This document shows, piece after piece, positions 12,556-26,900 of a stretch of DNA of 64,000 bases. How positions within the stretch are numbered: the stretch's first letter is position 1; each line of letters begins with the position of its first letter. The notes under the pieces are model-generated. The model searched no databases. It was not told where the DNA came from and worked only from the letters and a program-made list of their open reading frames with translations. The position numbers and the translations under genes are program-made. The stretch covers positions 16,306,001 to 16,370,000 of the forward strand of contig CM022667.1 in NCBI GenBank assembly GCA_012295275.1, given 5' to 3'. The stretch is from Chrysomallon squamiferum (Eukaryota; Animalia; Mollusca).

Positions 12556-12671
12556 GGTCATTACAGCATGATTGTTTTTGCACACCCTCAATTAGCTGTT
12601 ACTAAGGCCTACAACTTAACTCCATGCATTTTTCGCATTTCTCAGAGCAGACAAATGCAAATAAGAAAAAA

Positions 12672-12704
<33 letters not shown>

Positions 12705-12936
12705 CACACATATGTATATATGTCTAAGATCTAAGTCTAAATACGAATTCGGGTTTATTCTATATAATATTTCAATAATTTTGTACTTGAAATAAAGTTT
12801 GTGTGTACAAAACTGTCTAAAATAGTCAGATACAAATACTTCTCGGAAAAAGTTTCGGATTTCGGATTTATATATATTTCAGAATATACTACACACGTAC
12901 ACACACACAAGCTGAGGATCCATTATAACCCTAATA

Positions 12937-13018
<82 letters not shown>

Positions 13019-13425
13019 CATTTTTAATGGAACTGATGTAGACATGCTCTGGGATGGAAATCTACAAACATATAATACACCATTATTTTCATAACGTAAA
13101 CAACTAACAATCATAAAAAAAAATTGACTTCACTGAACTAGCAGAGTAAATGAACGCCAGCACATTTTTCGTTAACAGACCCCCAAGATATTATATCATT
13201 AGAAAAAATGTAATATTTAACTATTAACTGTTCACAGAGTATTTTCGAATTTCTGAAGGATAATCAACTAATATTTATCAAATTCGTACATACGTAAAGA
13301 AAAACAAAATAAAAACTTGCATTCTCCATGTTGTTCCAATTATTATATTTTAAGTTTCACAGCTGAACTTCAGTGTCGTCTTGTATAATGCGCACAGAAA
13401 AGGCATTTAACATTTTATATATCTA

Positions 13426-13460
<35 letters not shown>

Positions 13461-14974
13461 GTATGTATGTATGTATGTATGTATGTATGTATGTATGTAT
13501 GTATGTATGTATGTATGTATGTATGTATGAGTTGTCATAGGTTACAAGTTTATTATGCAAATGGATCGAAACTTGGCTGTTAAGTTTCATCATACTTTAA
13601 TACACGTTCCTATACGTAGAGGCTTGTAGCTTTGATGTACATGTCTTAACTTGTTTTATCGTCTGCAGAAGATTTTTTTATTCCTGAGCAAAATATACTG
13701 ACAGGTGAACCGATTGTTACCTGTAGGCGTTTCTGTAAGACTTCTATGCATATTCATTTCACGATACAGAAGATGACATACCGTCCACCTCGATAGTTAC
13801 GTGTGAGCAGTATCTGTAATTGTGTTCAGTTAGGAACTGAGCTAATTTTAGATTTCAAAAAATGAAAACATTTGTAGATACTGATCTTTTTTCTTTACTT
13901 TGTTTCATAACTTTATTTTTTATTTATTTATTTTTTTATTTTAACTTTTTAACTTTTTCTTTAAACCCTTTGCACTTTATTAAGCAGAGGAATTTAAATT
14001 TATAAATAGTTAATAAAATATAATTAAAGTAACCATCAAAAAAAGAAACAAAGTAAAAAGAATTCTGTTACAGTATATACAATTAAAAATAATTAAGATG
14101 AATCAGAAAAAGAAATTCGCATAAAAACAGTCCTGAATTATAACGAAAAAATGTTCTCTAAAACCAAGAGTCGCCAAATGAAAAACAAAACGAAAGTTAA
14201 GACGGACTCCGAGGATCCCAGTTTTAAACCTTATCTGATGTAATTAATTTCATTTATTATTATTATTATTTAAAATTTATTTATTTATGTATTCATTCAC
14301 TCATTCATTCACTCATTTATTCATTTTGTTATTATATTTTGAATGCCTTGAAAATCAGTTGAAAATGACCCTCTTAACTCGCTTTTGAGCAGAAATGTAG
14401 AAACTGACAACAATATTCTAACATGGATTAATGCCAAGAATGTTAAGTTAACAACAAGTGCATGTGAATCTCTGCAAATCTGACCAGGTGCATGTCCATT
14501 CTCGTTTATAAGCCCACCTCTCATAAATGATAGCAAATAAACATCTAAAAACGGCAAAAAAAAAACCCCAAAACCACCCAAACTTTAAAGCAAAATTAAA
14601 TAAATAATTATGAAAAGAAAGAGCTAGATGTGTCTCGAAAAAGAGATTTATTTACTACTTTTTTCTTTCTTTTTTTGAAAAATGGTAAAGAAAGAAACAG
14701 CAAACATTACTGGAAGCAGAATCCGTTTAATGAGTAACTTGTAAAGTAAAAGAATAAAATATTTTTACTCTTCTCCCGCAATACACAAACGAACACGTCA
14801 TGTTTTTTTTTACCAGCTGCCTTTTTTTATTTACTAATTTTATGTACTAATTAATGCTTATTTGTTTATTTATTTATTTATTTACTTGTTCTTTTTTTGT
14901 TTTTGCTTTTTTGTTTGTTTGTTTATTTATTTAACTATTATTAAAATTAATATTGTAATTATTATTACTTTTAT

Positions 14975-15018
<44 letters not shown>

Positions 15019-15192
15019 TTACTACTACTGTTGGTCTTTGGTCTTTATTGCTGTATTTTGAATATAGTAGAGATCTCCAACATCTTACTGGTTATTTTCA
15101 GTATATGTGTCATTTGCTGTTCTGGACAAATACACTAAAATATATTATCTCCTTCTTACTACTACTACTACTACTACTACTACTAGTACCAC

Positions 15193-15265
<73 letters not shown>

Positions 15266-16019
15266 TAGCTTTATTGTTTGCTTGTTCTGTTTTGCTGGGC
15301 AGTTCAGTTTCTAAATTATCATTTTTATCTCTTAGCTTGGATCTTTAAGTCAAGTTTACGCCTGACAAAAATAACTGAAATTTAACACAATTCGTGACAG
15401 TATTCACAGATTATACAAAAATACGCTTGAAATTTATATGTATAAATAGTTACATGTTTTATGTTTGACACATGCAGTGAGTTGTCGTGTTTTCAGTTTG
15501 TACGTAAGCTTTATAACTGATTTATCTAACACATGAACCGTGTAGCATTTACAGTTTTGAAACATTTTACAAATTAAATAACTTTTGTATAGCTACAAAA
15601 AGATGCTACGTCATGTTGATCAGTGTTTAAAATCACTCGTGTTTATTTCTCTGTTTACTTAACAGCCTGTGCATGTCGCTTGAAGTTGCATACATCTTGT
15701 AATGGGACTGTTTAGTTTGAATTGGGAAGGATTCCCACGGAATATATTCTTCTCTTTCGTTTGGGTTAGGTTGCTTTCGACAAGTAATAGTATTCTTATA
15801 CACTTGCATGATGTTGTTGGATCTTGCAGAAGTATTATTATTATTATTATGATTATTATTATTATTATATACGCACACAATTATAAAAAAGAACGAAAGA
15901 AAAATAAAATGAAATACTAATAAATGGTTCATTTTTACACCAGCAGCTATAATTCTCATTTTTAGTCAGGCTAAAAACTTTTTTATTCAGCGTATATTCC
16001 CCTAAATATATATTATATT

Positions 16020-16430
16020 TAGGGACTGAACTAAAAGCGCCAAGCATTATCTAATGATACCATTAACGCGTCTCGGGTTTATTTCTCTTTGTTTAGACTT
16101 AGAGTACTTGGGGAAATTCCTCCAAGACACTGGGACATTACTATAAAGTAAACACTGTGACTGGGGCTATCATAAGGAACCCATGACCGTAATGATCTGT
16201 CAGGGGTGAGGGATGTTATCAGTGTGATTTAAGTGAAAGATATTTCAAGAGAAAAGAGATAATATCTGGCAAGGGAAAGGACGTTTGGGCCAGTTCTCTG
16301 CAATAAAATAAATATACTATCATTTGTTGTACTATAATTGTGTATTATTTTGTAGAATCAGGCAGAAATGGAACTGAAATGTTTCTAAATGGGTTTTTGT
16401 GAAGTGGATTTTGTCCTCAATCCATGTATG
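16020..16430 (+). mobile_element. Solo LTR-like element related to the Gypsy LTR
   Basis: gggactgaactaaa..accattaacgc..gtacttg.ggaa.ttcctccaa.acact.ggacatta..actggggctat matches 12257-12415; caaggga.aggacgttt.gccagttctc matches 8592-8620. Confidence 0.65.
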
Positions 16431-16991
16431 TATATGTATCTATGTGTTATTTTCGTGTCGGGTTGTTTTATGCACCCGACCGCAGGTATAAAGATCTTAG
16501 ACAGATATATATATATATATATATAGTGTTACAATACCATTAACTATAAGAGTTTACACTGTACAACCCATACCGTAGCGATAAAAGTAGAGAAAAGTCA
16601 GACATGGTTTATTATAATCTAAACAAAACTGAAGACGAATATAGTGTGCTATTAATATCCCAGATATGACGATATTAGAAGAAAGTATATTAAACCATTC
16701 TATTCGAAGAAACCTTCAAGACATTAAGTTGCATTAACATATACTATAAAATGTTAGTATGTCAAGATTTGAGGTTGGCGCAAGTCAGTAGGTATACTGT
16801 TCTAGCCAACGACTAATCGAAACTACGTTTATTCCTACTACTCGCACCTGAAATATTTGTGACGAAGAAAGGTCTGTGTATGTGCGTATGTCTATATGTG
16901 CGTGTGTGTGTTTGTGTGTGCATATATATATATATATGCGCGCGCGCACATACAGACACACGAAATAACATATACTTATGTACACATAGAC

Positions 16992-17626
16992 CAGTGTGCC
17001 ACAAGATATTCCTAAGTGTGCCGCCAAATTTTGAACAGCACACTAAGAAACTGCGAAAAACAATGTGGTCCAAAAATAAAACAAACAGTTGTATGCAAGG
17101 TAAAAACGAAAATATTCTCACTTCAAGAGACAGACTATCTGCCCTCAAAAAGAAAATTGTTAAAATTAAAACATTCGACTCTGCCCATTGATTCATTTTG
17201 GATTTCAGTTCCAATTTTCAACTTCTTATATATTTGAATTAGGCTTCTGAACATTAAACAACATCAAAAACATGAAGCACGAGAGATTACATACAACGAA
17301 AGAAGAAATGAGGGTGTGTCTGTCTCATATTCGACCAAACATTGAGGAAATTATGAATAAAAATTTCTCAATAAAGAAGCCAGCTATTTGACTGATGAAA
17401 ATCGAAACACTGCAGTGAAGTATAGCTATGTTTTTCTTTATTTAGTTTGAGTTATTCTACGTGTCTATGACTAGTCTGTGACTACGATTGTATGCCGTCT
17501 AGGACTTGCCATGTTTTTACTTTACAAAATTCAAATATTTTTCGTATATATATTTAGCCAGGTGTGCCGCTATTTTTTCGTGTGTTCCAAGGTGTGCCGT
17601 TGGCAAAAGAAGTTTGAGAACCACTG
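16992..17626 (+). mobile_element. Internally deleted hAT transposon (Buster/Charlie type) with 8-bp TSD ACATAGAC
   Basis: Ends are CAGTG... and ...GTTTGAGAACCACTG. ACATAGAC flanks both sides (16984-16991 and 17627-17634; central TA as in Buster targets). Transposase relics MQGKNENILTSRDRLSALKKK, LPIDSFWISV and FSTSYIFELGF*TLNNIK...EEMRVCLSHIRPNIEEI (hAT C-terminal dimerisation region). Confidence 0.88.
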
Positions 17627-18969
17627 ACATAGACATACACAAAAATAGTGGCGGAATAAAAAATGTTGTGCTCTAGTAAGATCTGGGGTTTATATCCTGC
17701 TGGGATCTGCCTTGAAAAGCGCATTATCTGATCAGTAACCACACGAAACACAGACATTCATAATTCAGATGTGGTAGCAACTGTGCTGAGGTTGTCGCAG
17801 GTCAGTAGCTATAATATAATGGGCAATGACTAATCAAAACTATGTTTATTCTAATTACTCGTACCTGGAAAAAAAAATCCGTTACCTCTGTAAATTTTGC
17901 TGCAGTCGAGCTTAGCTCCTGTTCTTTGCGGCTTATTATTTGTTGGTTGTTGGATTTTTGTTTGTTGTTGTTGTTGTTTTTTTTCGTGGTTTATTATTAT
18001 TATTTATTTATTTATTTATTTATTTTTTATTTATTTTTTTGATGTTTTGACTTGCCGTGGCATTGCAGCAAATTGATACCTAATAAACATAAACGTCAAT
18101 TAATCAACTGGACTTACTGGAATGGCATATATGCAAATCAGGGAGGGCGGCCACGTTGTTTTACTGCGGTGGATATCGTCCAAGTCGCTGCCGTAGTAAA
18201 ATTCGAACCCTTAATTACGTGGGTTTATGTCTGTGTTTAACGCTTTCACTGCATAATTAAAACTAGCTTCCAGCAAAATCAAAATGATGGCGGAAAATAA
18301 AAAATAAATATAAAATAATGCAATGTATGTACACAACGTTTTGGGAAGAAGATAATAAAAATGTATTTTATTTATTTGCCTATAATTCTTCAAAGAGAGC
18401 ATAACAAAACCCACTTACGAAGAACTGGAAAAATTTCGAAATATGCACTAGGTTAAAAATGTATTATTGATTATAGAGAAACATTAGAAATTCTGCATGA
18501 AAATAATACTTTTGGATTTTCTTTGGTTTAAAATTTATAGCTATAGATAGTGCCGTACATTGACCAGACATTAATCAGAATTTAATAATGTTTATTTGCT
18601 TGTTTGTGATGTGCTACTATTTCTATTTTCTTTCTTCTTTTTTTTCTGTTTCGTTGTAGATAAAACTTTACATAAATGGCAGAGGTCGAAAGCAGCAGAT
18701 TAGCTATAATGCAATTTTGCTATTTGTTTTCTTGCATTTTTGTCATTTTGCATCAGTTCTCTTTAGTGAGCTACTTGTGTGTATGGGTGTTGTTGTTGTT
18801 TTTTGTACATATAACCGAACATAAATCGCTGGGGTTTTTTTGTTCTTAGATTTTTGTCATTTTTGCATCAGTTCACTTAGTAAACAACAGAAAGTATCAG
18901 GTTTTATTTAGAGAGCTGCATGTGTTTTAGTGTGTGTGTGTGTATGTGTCTGTCTGTCTGTCTGACAAC

Positions 18970-19030
<61 letters not shown>

Positions 19031-19510
19031 CTAAAAAGATAATAATACAAATTGTAGTTGAAAAATGAATCTTCTAACCTACATGTTTCTAAGACGTTTA
19101 GCATATTATCTAGACAAGTTCAATACAAAACATAAACCAGATGACTAGTTTCTAGTTTGTATCCATGTCATGTATCTCCTCACCAAATCAGAATGGAAGA
19201 CGCAAAGTAACACTGAATTCAGTGTTACAGCAGTACAGGGCTTAAAATCTTAGGTATGCAAAATCTTAACAAAAACAAGGACAAAAATAGTAGTACAATG
19301 CCCTGTCCCTCACACAGAAAATCTTCTGTCTATTACCAACATAGTTTGAGTTGTAGTTTACTATAAAGTATAATTCAACATTTCTGCATTATACTGTTAG
19401 TAACAAAACAACATAGGAAAAATACAAAATTTGTTTTTATTTGTATTCTTTTTTAAAAGACATTTCATATTATTTTCGCAGCTAGTCACTTCTATTACTG
19501 TTCTTAGAGT

Positions 19511-19619
<109 letters not shown>

Positions 19620-21995
19620 ACAAAATGAATGTGCTAATCAGAGCAAGCTGTTGTTAAGCGTCTGCGACAGGCACTCTCTCTCAAAGCCAGGGGGGGTATA
19701 TGTGAGAGATCCTCTTTATGCCGGGCCTAAAAAACACCATACCAACCGAAATACACCACACTAGAAAACATTATCACTTGGTAAAATATGTATTACTTCT
19801 CCATGGGTAGGTGACATGTTTAGCGAACAGGGGCATCCAGTTCAGTGCTTACTATTATGCAGGGTCAATGTTCCCTGGTGTGCTTTTCAGTGCAGGGAAA
19901 TTTTAATAATTGTTCCGAAATATTGTTGTTGTTTTTTGTATTTTTTTTTTGTTGTTTTTGTTTATTTATTTATTTATTTATTATTATTTTTTTTTTCAGG
20001 TGGGTGAAGGAGTTATATCTATATTTGATTAATATTAACATTTTTATACATTCTAGCAGTACATGCTTCTCAGAAAGGCAACTCCTGCATACAATAAATG
20101 AAGAAAAAAAATATGCATGAGTTATGCACCTTGAAAACGTCAGAATATTAAAGAAGATAGATCGGAATGTTCCATCTAAATGATCTTTTTCACCTATTTC
20201 TCTCTTTTGCTTTATTTTCGGATTTTCAATCACATCTTTGTAAGAAATTAAAGAAATTAAAGTGGTATTTCGTCTTGTTCTGCCTTTAGACATGTAGTAA
20301 TTTATCGTATCATTTTGACACTTCTGAAAAAGGATTTAGCCAGCGCCCCTAGCTAAGGATATGGTATAATATTATATACAAGTAAGAAATTGTGTGAATC
20401 TGCTCCTGTTTTATTTTGAACCAGTTAACTCTTACTTTGAACGTCTTCCTTTATACAGAAGGATGCAAACTGAACAAAAATACCTACGTGATTGTTTTAT
20501 AAAGTTCCACTGTTGCATAAATTATTATTATAGATCAGTTTTTCAAACAGAATCTAGGAAGAATCGTTATGAACTAGTGGACTCTGTCGACCGAGGATTT
20601 TGTACACATCTCGATGCAAATTAATAATTACAATTGAAAGACAAAATGTATGCAATAATACTTATGCTTTACCTGTCTAGCCTATGTGTACAAATATAAA
20701 TAAATTGTAAGTATTGTCATGTACAACATTTCTGATATTTGTGCAAATCTGTTTTCCTTTAATTCATAAATAATCTCCTGTTTTTCACATTTAAAAGAAA
20801 ACAACGTGAATCTTCATAATAGCAACTATTATCTCAGTGTTATGCACTAGAATTGTAAACCTTGGTGTCCATCATAATTTTTAAAAAGTCATTTTTAAAC
20901 GTATATACAGTATATAATAACAATATTATCATTCTATTTTATTTTTCCAAAAATTAAGTTATATATAAACAAATAAATTCAGAAAAAACAAAACAAAACA
21001 AAACATGATGTTATTATACTATTTCAAATTGTCTTGTACATTTTTATGCCTAGGAGACTATTTCAGACAACAAAATAAGAAATGAAAGCAACTATTCCTG
21101 TTCTGTGGAATCTAATCATGACACGTATAACATAGGTAGAAAACAAATATATCAATATGATATACAGTTAAAATTCAATCCAATAATTCTCACCAAAATA
21201 GTTGGTTTTGTTTTATGCTTATTCTCAAATGACAATCATTTGTGGTTTCTTTTAAGTGATAACAAGCATTAATTATTTTGCAAATAATAATAATTTATTT
21301 TATAATAATAATTGGTTGGGAATAAACTAAATGAAAAAAAAATGACAGTTTCATAACATAAATAAATGTACAAGGGACAATAAAAATAAAATTTTCCATT
21401 TAATTTTTCCTAAAGTTATTTCATTGGATGTTCATGTAATATCTGTAAATATGTTCTTGTAGTATCAGATAAATATTACTGTAAAGTTTTACAACATTAC
21501 TCTAAAATGGATTAATGCCAAGAACGTTTAGTTATCAACAAGTGTACTAGTATCTTTCCACAACTGACTAGGAGCAGGCCCAAGCTCGTTTATAACCTCG
21601 ATTCTCATACATGTGTGTGGAAAGATACACTAGAAGATATTTGCTTCTTATCAGAAAGGGTATTCTCCCCGCATAGCATGATAACAGAAAGCATACTAAC
21701 AGTGATTTATCTAACACTTGAACCGTGTAACACACACATATATACGAGATAAATCTTTAAAATATCTACTTCATAATGATAAAGAATTCTTCACAGTTTG
21801 AGTAATATTGTGTTTGTACGTCTTTGGGTTTGGATATGCATATTATCGAAATTAAGCGTTTTAAATATGTGGTTTGCAGAATTTGGAAAACGAATGAATT
21901 GATAATAAGTTTGAAAATATCTGGGAAAATAATGATATCTATATAGTTGTGTGTCTATGTATATATGAGCATATGTATGTATGTATGTATGTATG

Positions 21996-22050
<55 letters not shown>

Positions 22051-22084
22051 GTATTTATGTTTTTATTTTATTTTGTTTATTCAG

Positions 22085-22249
22085 GCTGTGGCTAGTCTGG
22101 CTCTGTTTGGAGAACGACGTTCTGTCTTGTGGTGGGTCGCAGCGTCTCTCATCTTCACTGGTTTGGTCTTCATATACAAGGGAGCTAAACGGACTCAGTC
22201 TGAGAACACATGTGATAATTCGTCTACATTAAAGCTATATTTGAATTAA
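22085..22249 (+). pseudogene. TMEM42: TMEM42-like terminal exon (orphan fragment)
   Basis: Pyrimidine tract + cag acceptor (phase 0), then AVASLALFGERRSVLWWVAASLIFTGLVFIYKG...*, resembling the TMEM42 C-terminus (A..G..L.GE...VLWW.G..LI..GL..IH, from memory). No upstream exon seen in unit A. Confidence 0.7.
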
Positions 22250-22260
22250 TTAATTAATTA

Positions 22261-22314
<54 letters not shown>

Positions 22315-22567
22315 TATTATTATTATTATTAGTAGTAGTAGTAGTATTAGTAGTAGTAGTATTAGTAGTAGTAGTAGTAGTAGTAGTAGGAGTAGTAGTA
22401 AGATGGTGTGTTTTTCAAATTCTTTAATTGTTTATTTTCTTCTTCGTTTGATTTTTTCATGCTCGCCATCTAACTTTACCCGTATCGTCATCCAGTTTCT
22501 GCTTTCATTCTTGTTTTAATGTATATTTTTAAATATCATGTTTTCTTCTATCATTGTTTTTCTTTTT

Positions 22568-22611
<44 letters not shown>

Positions 22612-22636
22612 TAAAGATAAATAACAAATAAATAGA

Positions 22637-22684
22637 TGCTCGGTTGCCAGGCAAGGTTACCCGGGTTACATTTCCGGTCGATGC
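22637..22684 (+). pseudogene. Degenerate 3' two-thirds of tRNA-Gly(GCC)
   Basis: tgctcggttgccaggcaaggttacccgggttacatttccggtcgatgc+tttt aligns with animal tRNA-Gly TGCTCGCCTGCCACGCGGGCGGCCCGGGTTCGATTCCCGGCCGATGC. 5' arm missing, B-box damaged. Confidence 0.6.
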
Positions 22685-22739
22685 TTTTAATTATTTTCCT
22701 CCTTTTCATACGTAAATTTAGACCATCTGTATAGTAACT

Positions 22740-22783
<44 letters not shown>

Positions 22784-22983
22784 TTTTAAACATTTTGGTA
22801 ATAAAAAAAAAATCTAAAAAACAGAAAAGTAATAGATAAATATATCTACTTAACGGATACATGATACAGTAATTTTTCGATTCCTTTTGTTATTTTTAAA
22901 TCAAGATATTAAATAAAATAAACTTCGAAGAAATAATAAACATTTTACAAAATAATAACTACCAGAAGAAGATAAAACGTTTA

Positions 22984-23057
22984 AGACAACGTAGGGTCTC
23001 GAGCCCTAGATCCTCAGATTAAAACGTCTGATGCTCTACCAACTAAGCTAGGAAGGT
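22984..23057 (-). pseudogene. tRNA-Lys(TTT) pseudogene or tRNA-Lys-derived element
   Basis: Minus strand tagcttagttggtagagcatcagacgttttaatctgaggatctagggctcgagacccta vs tRNA-Lys TAGCTCAGTCGGTAGAGCATCAGACTTTTAATCTGAGGGTCCAGGGTTCAAGTCCCTG. Extra G in the anticodon loop; acceptor stem does not pair. Confidence 0.8.
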
Positions 23058-23329
23058 TATACATGTGTACTTCAGCTGAATGAATGCTTGAATGTTTGAT
23101 TGGATATTAACCAGTAAGACGACACAAGTAAGCAATGCAATGCAATAAAATAAAATAATATAAAATAAAATAAAATAAAATGAAATGAAATATAACAAAA
23201 TATATTTAGAGTACAGGTGGTCAGCTTAAGGAATGTTAGGATAAATGTCTTGATGGTAAAAAAAAATGCTGAAATAATAAAGATTTAATGTCACTGGTTA
23301 TTCTAATTCCACTATTACTAGTTCTAGTC

Positions 23330-23935
23330 TTATTTAGAGAAATTTAATGGTTCTGAAACAATAGCATAAAGGTCAATCAGATATAAATTCCTTGTCTGAC
23401 ACCTCTAGCAACTCTAAAGAAAGGAGTTAAAATGTCAGTTAATCTTGATAAAACGTTTTATATAACTATAGAATATTTAGACCATGATATAAACATATCT
23501 CCAAAACTGATTTTTGTTTTAAGCTTTTAACAGGAAACTATGTGACACCCTATCGAAAGCTTTTTTGATCAGTTTTAATTCCTCATTATTTAACGCAACA
23601 ACATCTCTAACATCTCTCACTGACATAACATTATCAGCAAAATCACTTGTCTTTCCACAACAGGTTTGTGCTGATGAAATAAAAGATAACACATCATGTT
23701 TAAGACGTTTAGCAAGAATGTTTGAACTATTTTTTATAATCTACATTTAAAAGACTAATACGTCTGAAATTTGTAACATCCACATTATCTACTTTTTTCT
23801 TTTTTCATACTATGTGACAGCATTTCCTCTTTTTCAATTGACATAACTGGTTTACGAAAGAAAGTCTTCAGAGTTTCTCCGAATTTAACATAAAATTCAA
23901 AACCATTCATTGCAAGATGTTTATTTCGATTCATT
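23330..23935 (-). mobile_element. Tx1/L1-like LINE reverse transcriptase fragment (decayed)
   Basis: Homolog of 54580-55200; minus-strand KAFDRVSH and GVRQG motifs present with frameshifts. Confidence 0.75.
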
Positions 23936-26900
23936 CCTTTTAATATCGGATGGATATGCGCAACACCTTATGTCCAAGAGCATAAAAGACCGTGCTGTCT
24001 GTCGTGGATTTTTGTTTACCTGGGCATCTGTGTGCGTATCAGTATAGTGTGTGTGTATGTATGTATATATAAAATTATATATAATTTGTGTATTGGAAAC
24101 ATACGTATGCATAAATACATGTACAGGTATGCAGGTAGTATGTGAGTATACGAGTAAAGATATAATCATCAACATAAAAATTATATGTTACTCCAAAATG
24201 AAGCAGAAAATATGTGTATTTATTTTGCTGGCAACTGTTCAGTATTCAAGTATAAAATACACAAAGGTACGATACAAATATGTAAGCTGAAAAAAAAATG
24301 TTTGTTTGTTCTTGAAATAATTATCTATATATAGTAATTAAATAAATACTTCATATAATATTTAACGTACAATAATATTTAACGTAAACTACAAGAACAT
24401 ATCTATAGATGTTTAATGAACATCCAGTCAAATAAATTTAGTAAAAATTAAAAGGAAGGTATAATTTTTAGTGTCACTTGTACATTTATTTATATTATGA
24501 AACTATGTCACTGTTTCTTTTAGTTTGTTCCCAACCAATTATAATTATTAAAAATATTATTATTATTTGCAAAATAATTAATGCTTATTATGATTTAAAA
24601 GAAATGAGAAATGGTTGTTTGTGTTTTGAGAGTGTGCATAAAATACAAGCACCTATTTTGCACACAATAATTGGATTAAATATTGACTGTATTACAAATT
24701 TATGTATTTATTTTAGTACTGTAGCCACTAATAACAAGTTGTGACATTAAAATAACAGAATTATAAAAAATGCATAAATCTTAACCATTTTCTGTCTTTG
24801 ATTAGATTCCACAGATCAGGAATAGCTGTTTTCATTTCTTATTTTGTTGTCTGAAATAGTTTCCTAGCCATGAAAATATACAAGACCATTTGAAATAAAG
24901 TAATAACCTCATGTCTTGTTTTGTTTTGTTTTTGTTTGTTTTTTTCTAAATTTATTTATATATATATTATTTAATTTATTTTTTTTTTATTTTTTTTTTC
25001 GAAAAATATAAAGTAATAATACCGTTATTATATACTGTATATACTTTTTAAAATGACTTAACATATATATTTTTAAAATTATGATGAACACCAAGCCTTA
25101 GTAATTCTGGTGTATACAGTAAGATAATAGATACTATCATGAGGTTTCGCGTTGTTTTCTTTTAAATGTGAAAAAGAGGACGTAAACAAAAGAATATTTA
25201 TACAAATATCTGAAATGTTTTACATGACGATACTTACAATTTATTTAATCTATAGACAGATGTTACATATGTAAAGTATAAGTATTATTGCATACGCTAA
25301 CATTTTATCTTTGAATTGTAATTACTAATTTGTATCCAGATATGCACAAAAATCATCGATAGACAGTCCACCAGTTCATAACGGTGTTTTTTTCTATATT
25401 CTGTTTAAAAAAAATTAATCTATAATAATATTTATGAAACAGTATGAGGTAAGGTTTTCTGAGAAGCATGTACTGCTAGAATGGATATAAATGTTAATAT
25501 TAAACAAATATAGATTTTCCAAATATAGATATAACACTCCCCCCCAAAAAAAAAACAAAAAAAACAACAACAACAAACAAAAAAAACAACAACAACAACA
25601 ACAAAGAAAACCCATAATATCATGGGACAACTTCAAATTTCCCTGCTCCGAAAAGCACATCACGGTATATTAACACTGCATAATAGTAAGCACTGACCTG
25701 GGTGCCCCACTACACTTAACATGTCATCTATACATGAAAAAATAGCATATATTTCACTGGGTGGTATTTCTTTCTACTCTTGTGTATTTCTGTTGGTATG
25801 GTGTTCCTGAGGCCCGGTATAAAGAGTAAAATAGTAAAAAATGTTTAAAAAAATAAATAAATTAATAATAATTAAACATGATTTTTGTACTCTTCCACTG
25901 TTGTTTTATTGCTGTCAGCAGAAATCACAAATCTGGCATCATAATTTATATCAAAGTATAACTGCATGGTTAAAGTGCTAAGTTAAACAACTTTCATATC
26001 AGGATGGGATATTTTATGTGAGACAGAAGTGACAATTATCAGTCTGTAAAACTGTACGATAATATATAACGGAAATTACAAGAACATATCTATAGATGTT
26101 TAATGAACATCCAGTCAAATAAATTTAGTAAGAATTAAAAGGAAAATTTTTTTTATTGTCGCTTGTACATTTATTTATATTATGAAACTATGTCACTTTT
26201 TCATTTAGTTTGTTCCCAAACAATTATTATTATTAAAAATATTATTATTATTTGAAAAATAATTAATGCTTTCTATGAGTTAAAAGAAATGACAAATGGT
26301 AGTTTCTGTTTTGAGAGTAATTCATAAAACTCAAGCACCTATTTTACTCAGAATAGTTGGATTAAATATTTATGTATTTGTTTTAGTAGCCACTAATAAC
26401 AAGTTGTGGCATTAAAATAACACAATTACAAAAAATGCACAAAACTTTACCATTTTCTGCCTTTATTATATGTACTAAGATTACCTTCGACAGATCAGGA
26501 ATTGCTGTTTTCATTTCTTATTTTGTTGCCTGAAATAGTTTCCTAGGCATGAAAATGTACAAGACCATTTGAAATAATGTAACAACCTCATGTCTTGTTT
26601 TGTTTTTCATTTTATTCTTAATTTATTTGTTTATATGTAATTTAAGGTGTTTTTTTTCTTTTTTCGAAAAATATAAAATAATAATACTGTTATTATATAC
26701 TATATATTTTTTTTAAAACGACTTAATATCTATTTTTTTAAATTATCATGAACACTAAGGCTTACTAATTCTAGTATATACAGTGAGATGATAATTACTA
26801 TCATGAAGTTTCGCGTTGTTTTCTTTTAAATGTGAAAAAGAGGAACTTATTTATGAAGTAAACAAAAAAATATACAAATATCTGAAACGTTTTACATGAC

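Noticed and set aside
14862-15314. Poly-T/poly-L, poly-N, poly-Y, poly-I and RE-repeat ORFs (also 19431, 30548, 33023, 48432, 49076)
   Set aside because: Tri- and dinucleotide microsatellites lacking stops; not proteins.
22984-23057. Functional or frameshift-suppressor tRNA-Lys with an expanded anticodon loop
   Set aside because: The acceptor stem does not pair and the T-loop is altered in this copy, so it is best read as a pseudogene.
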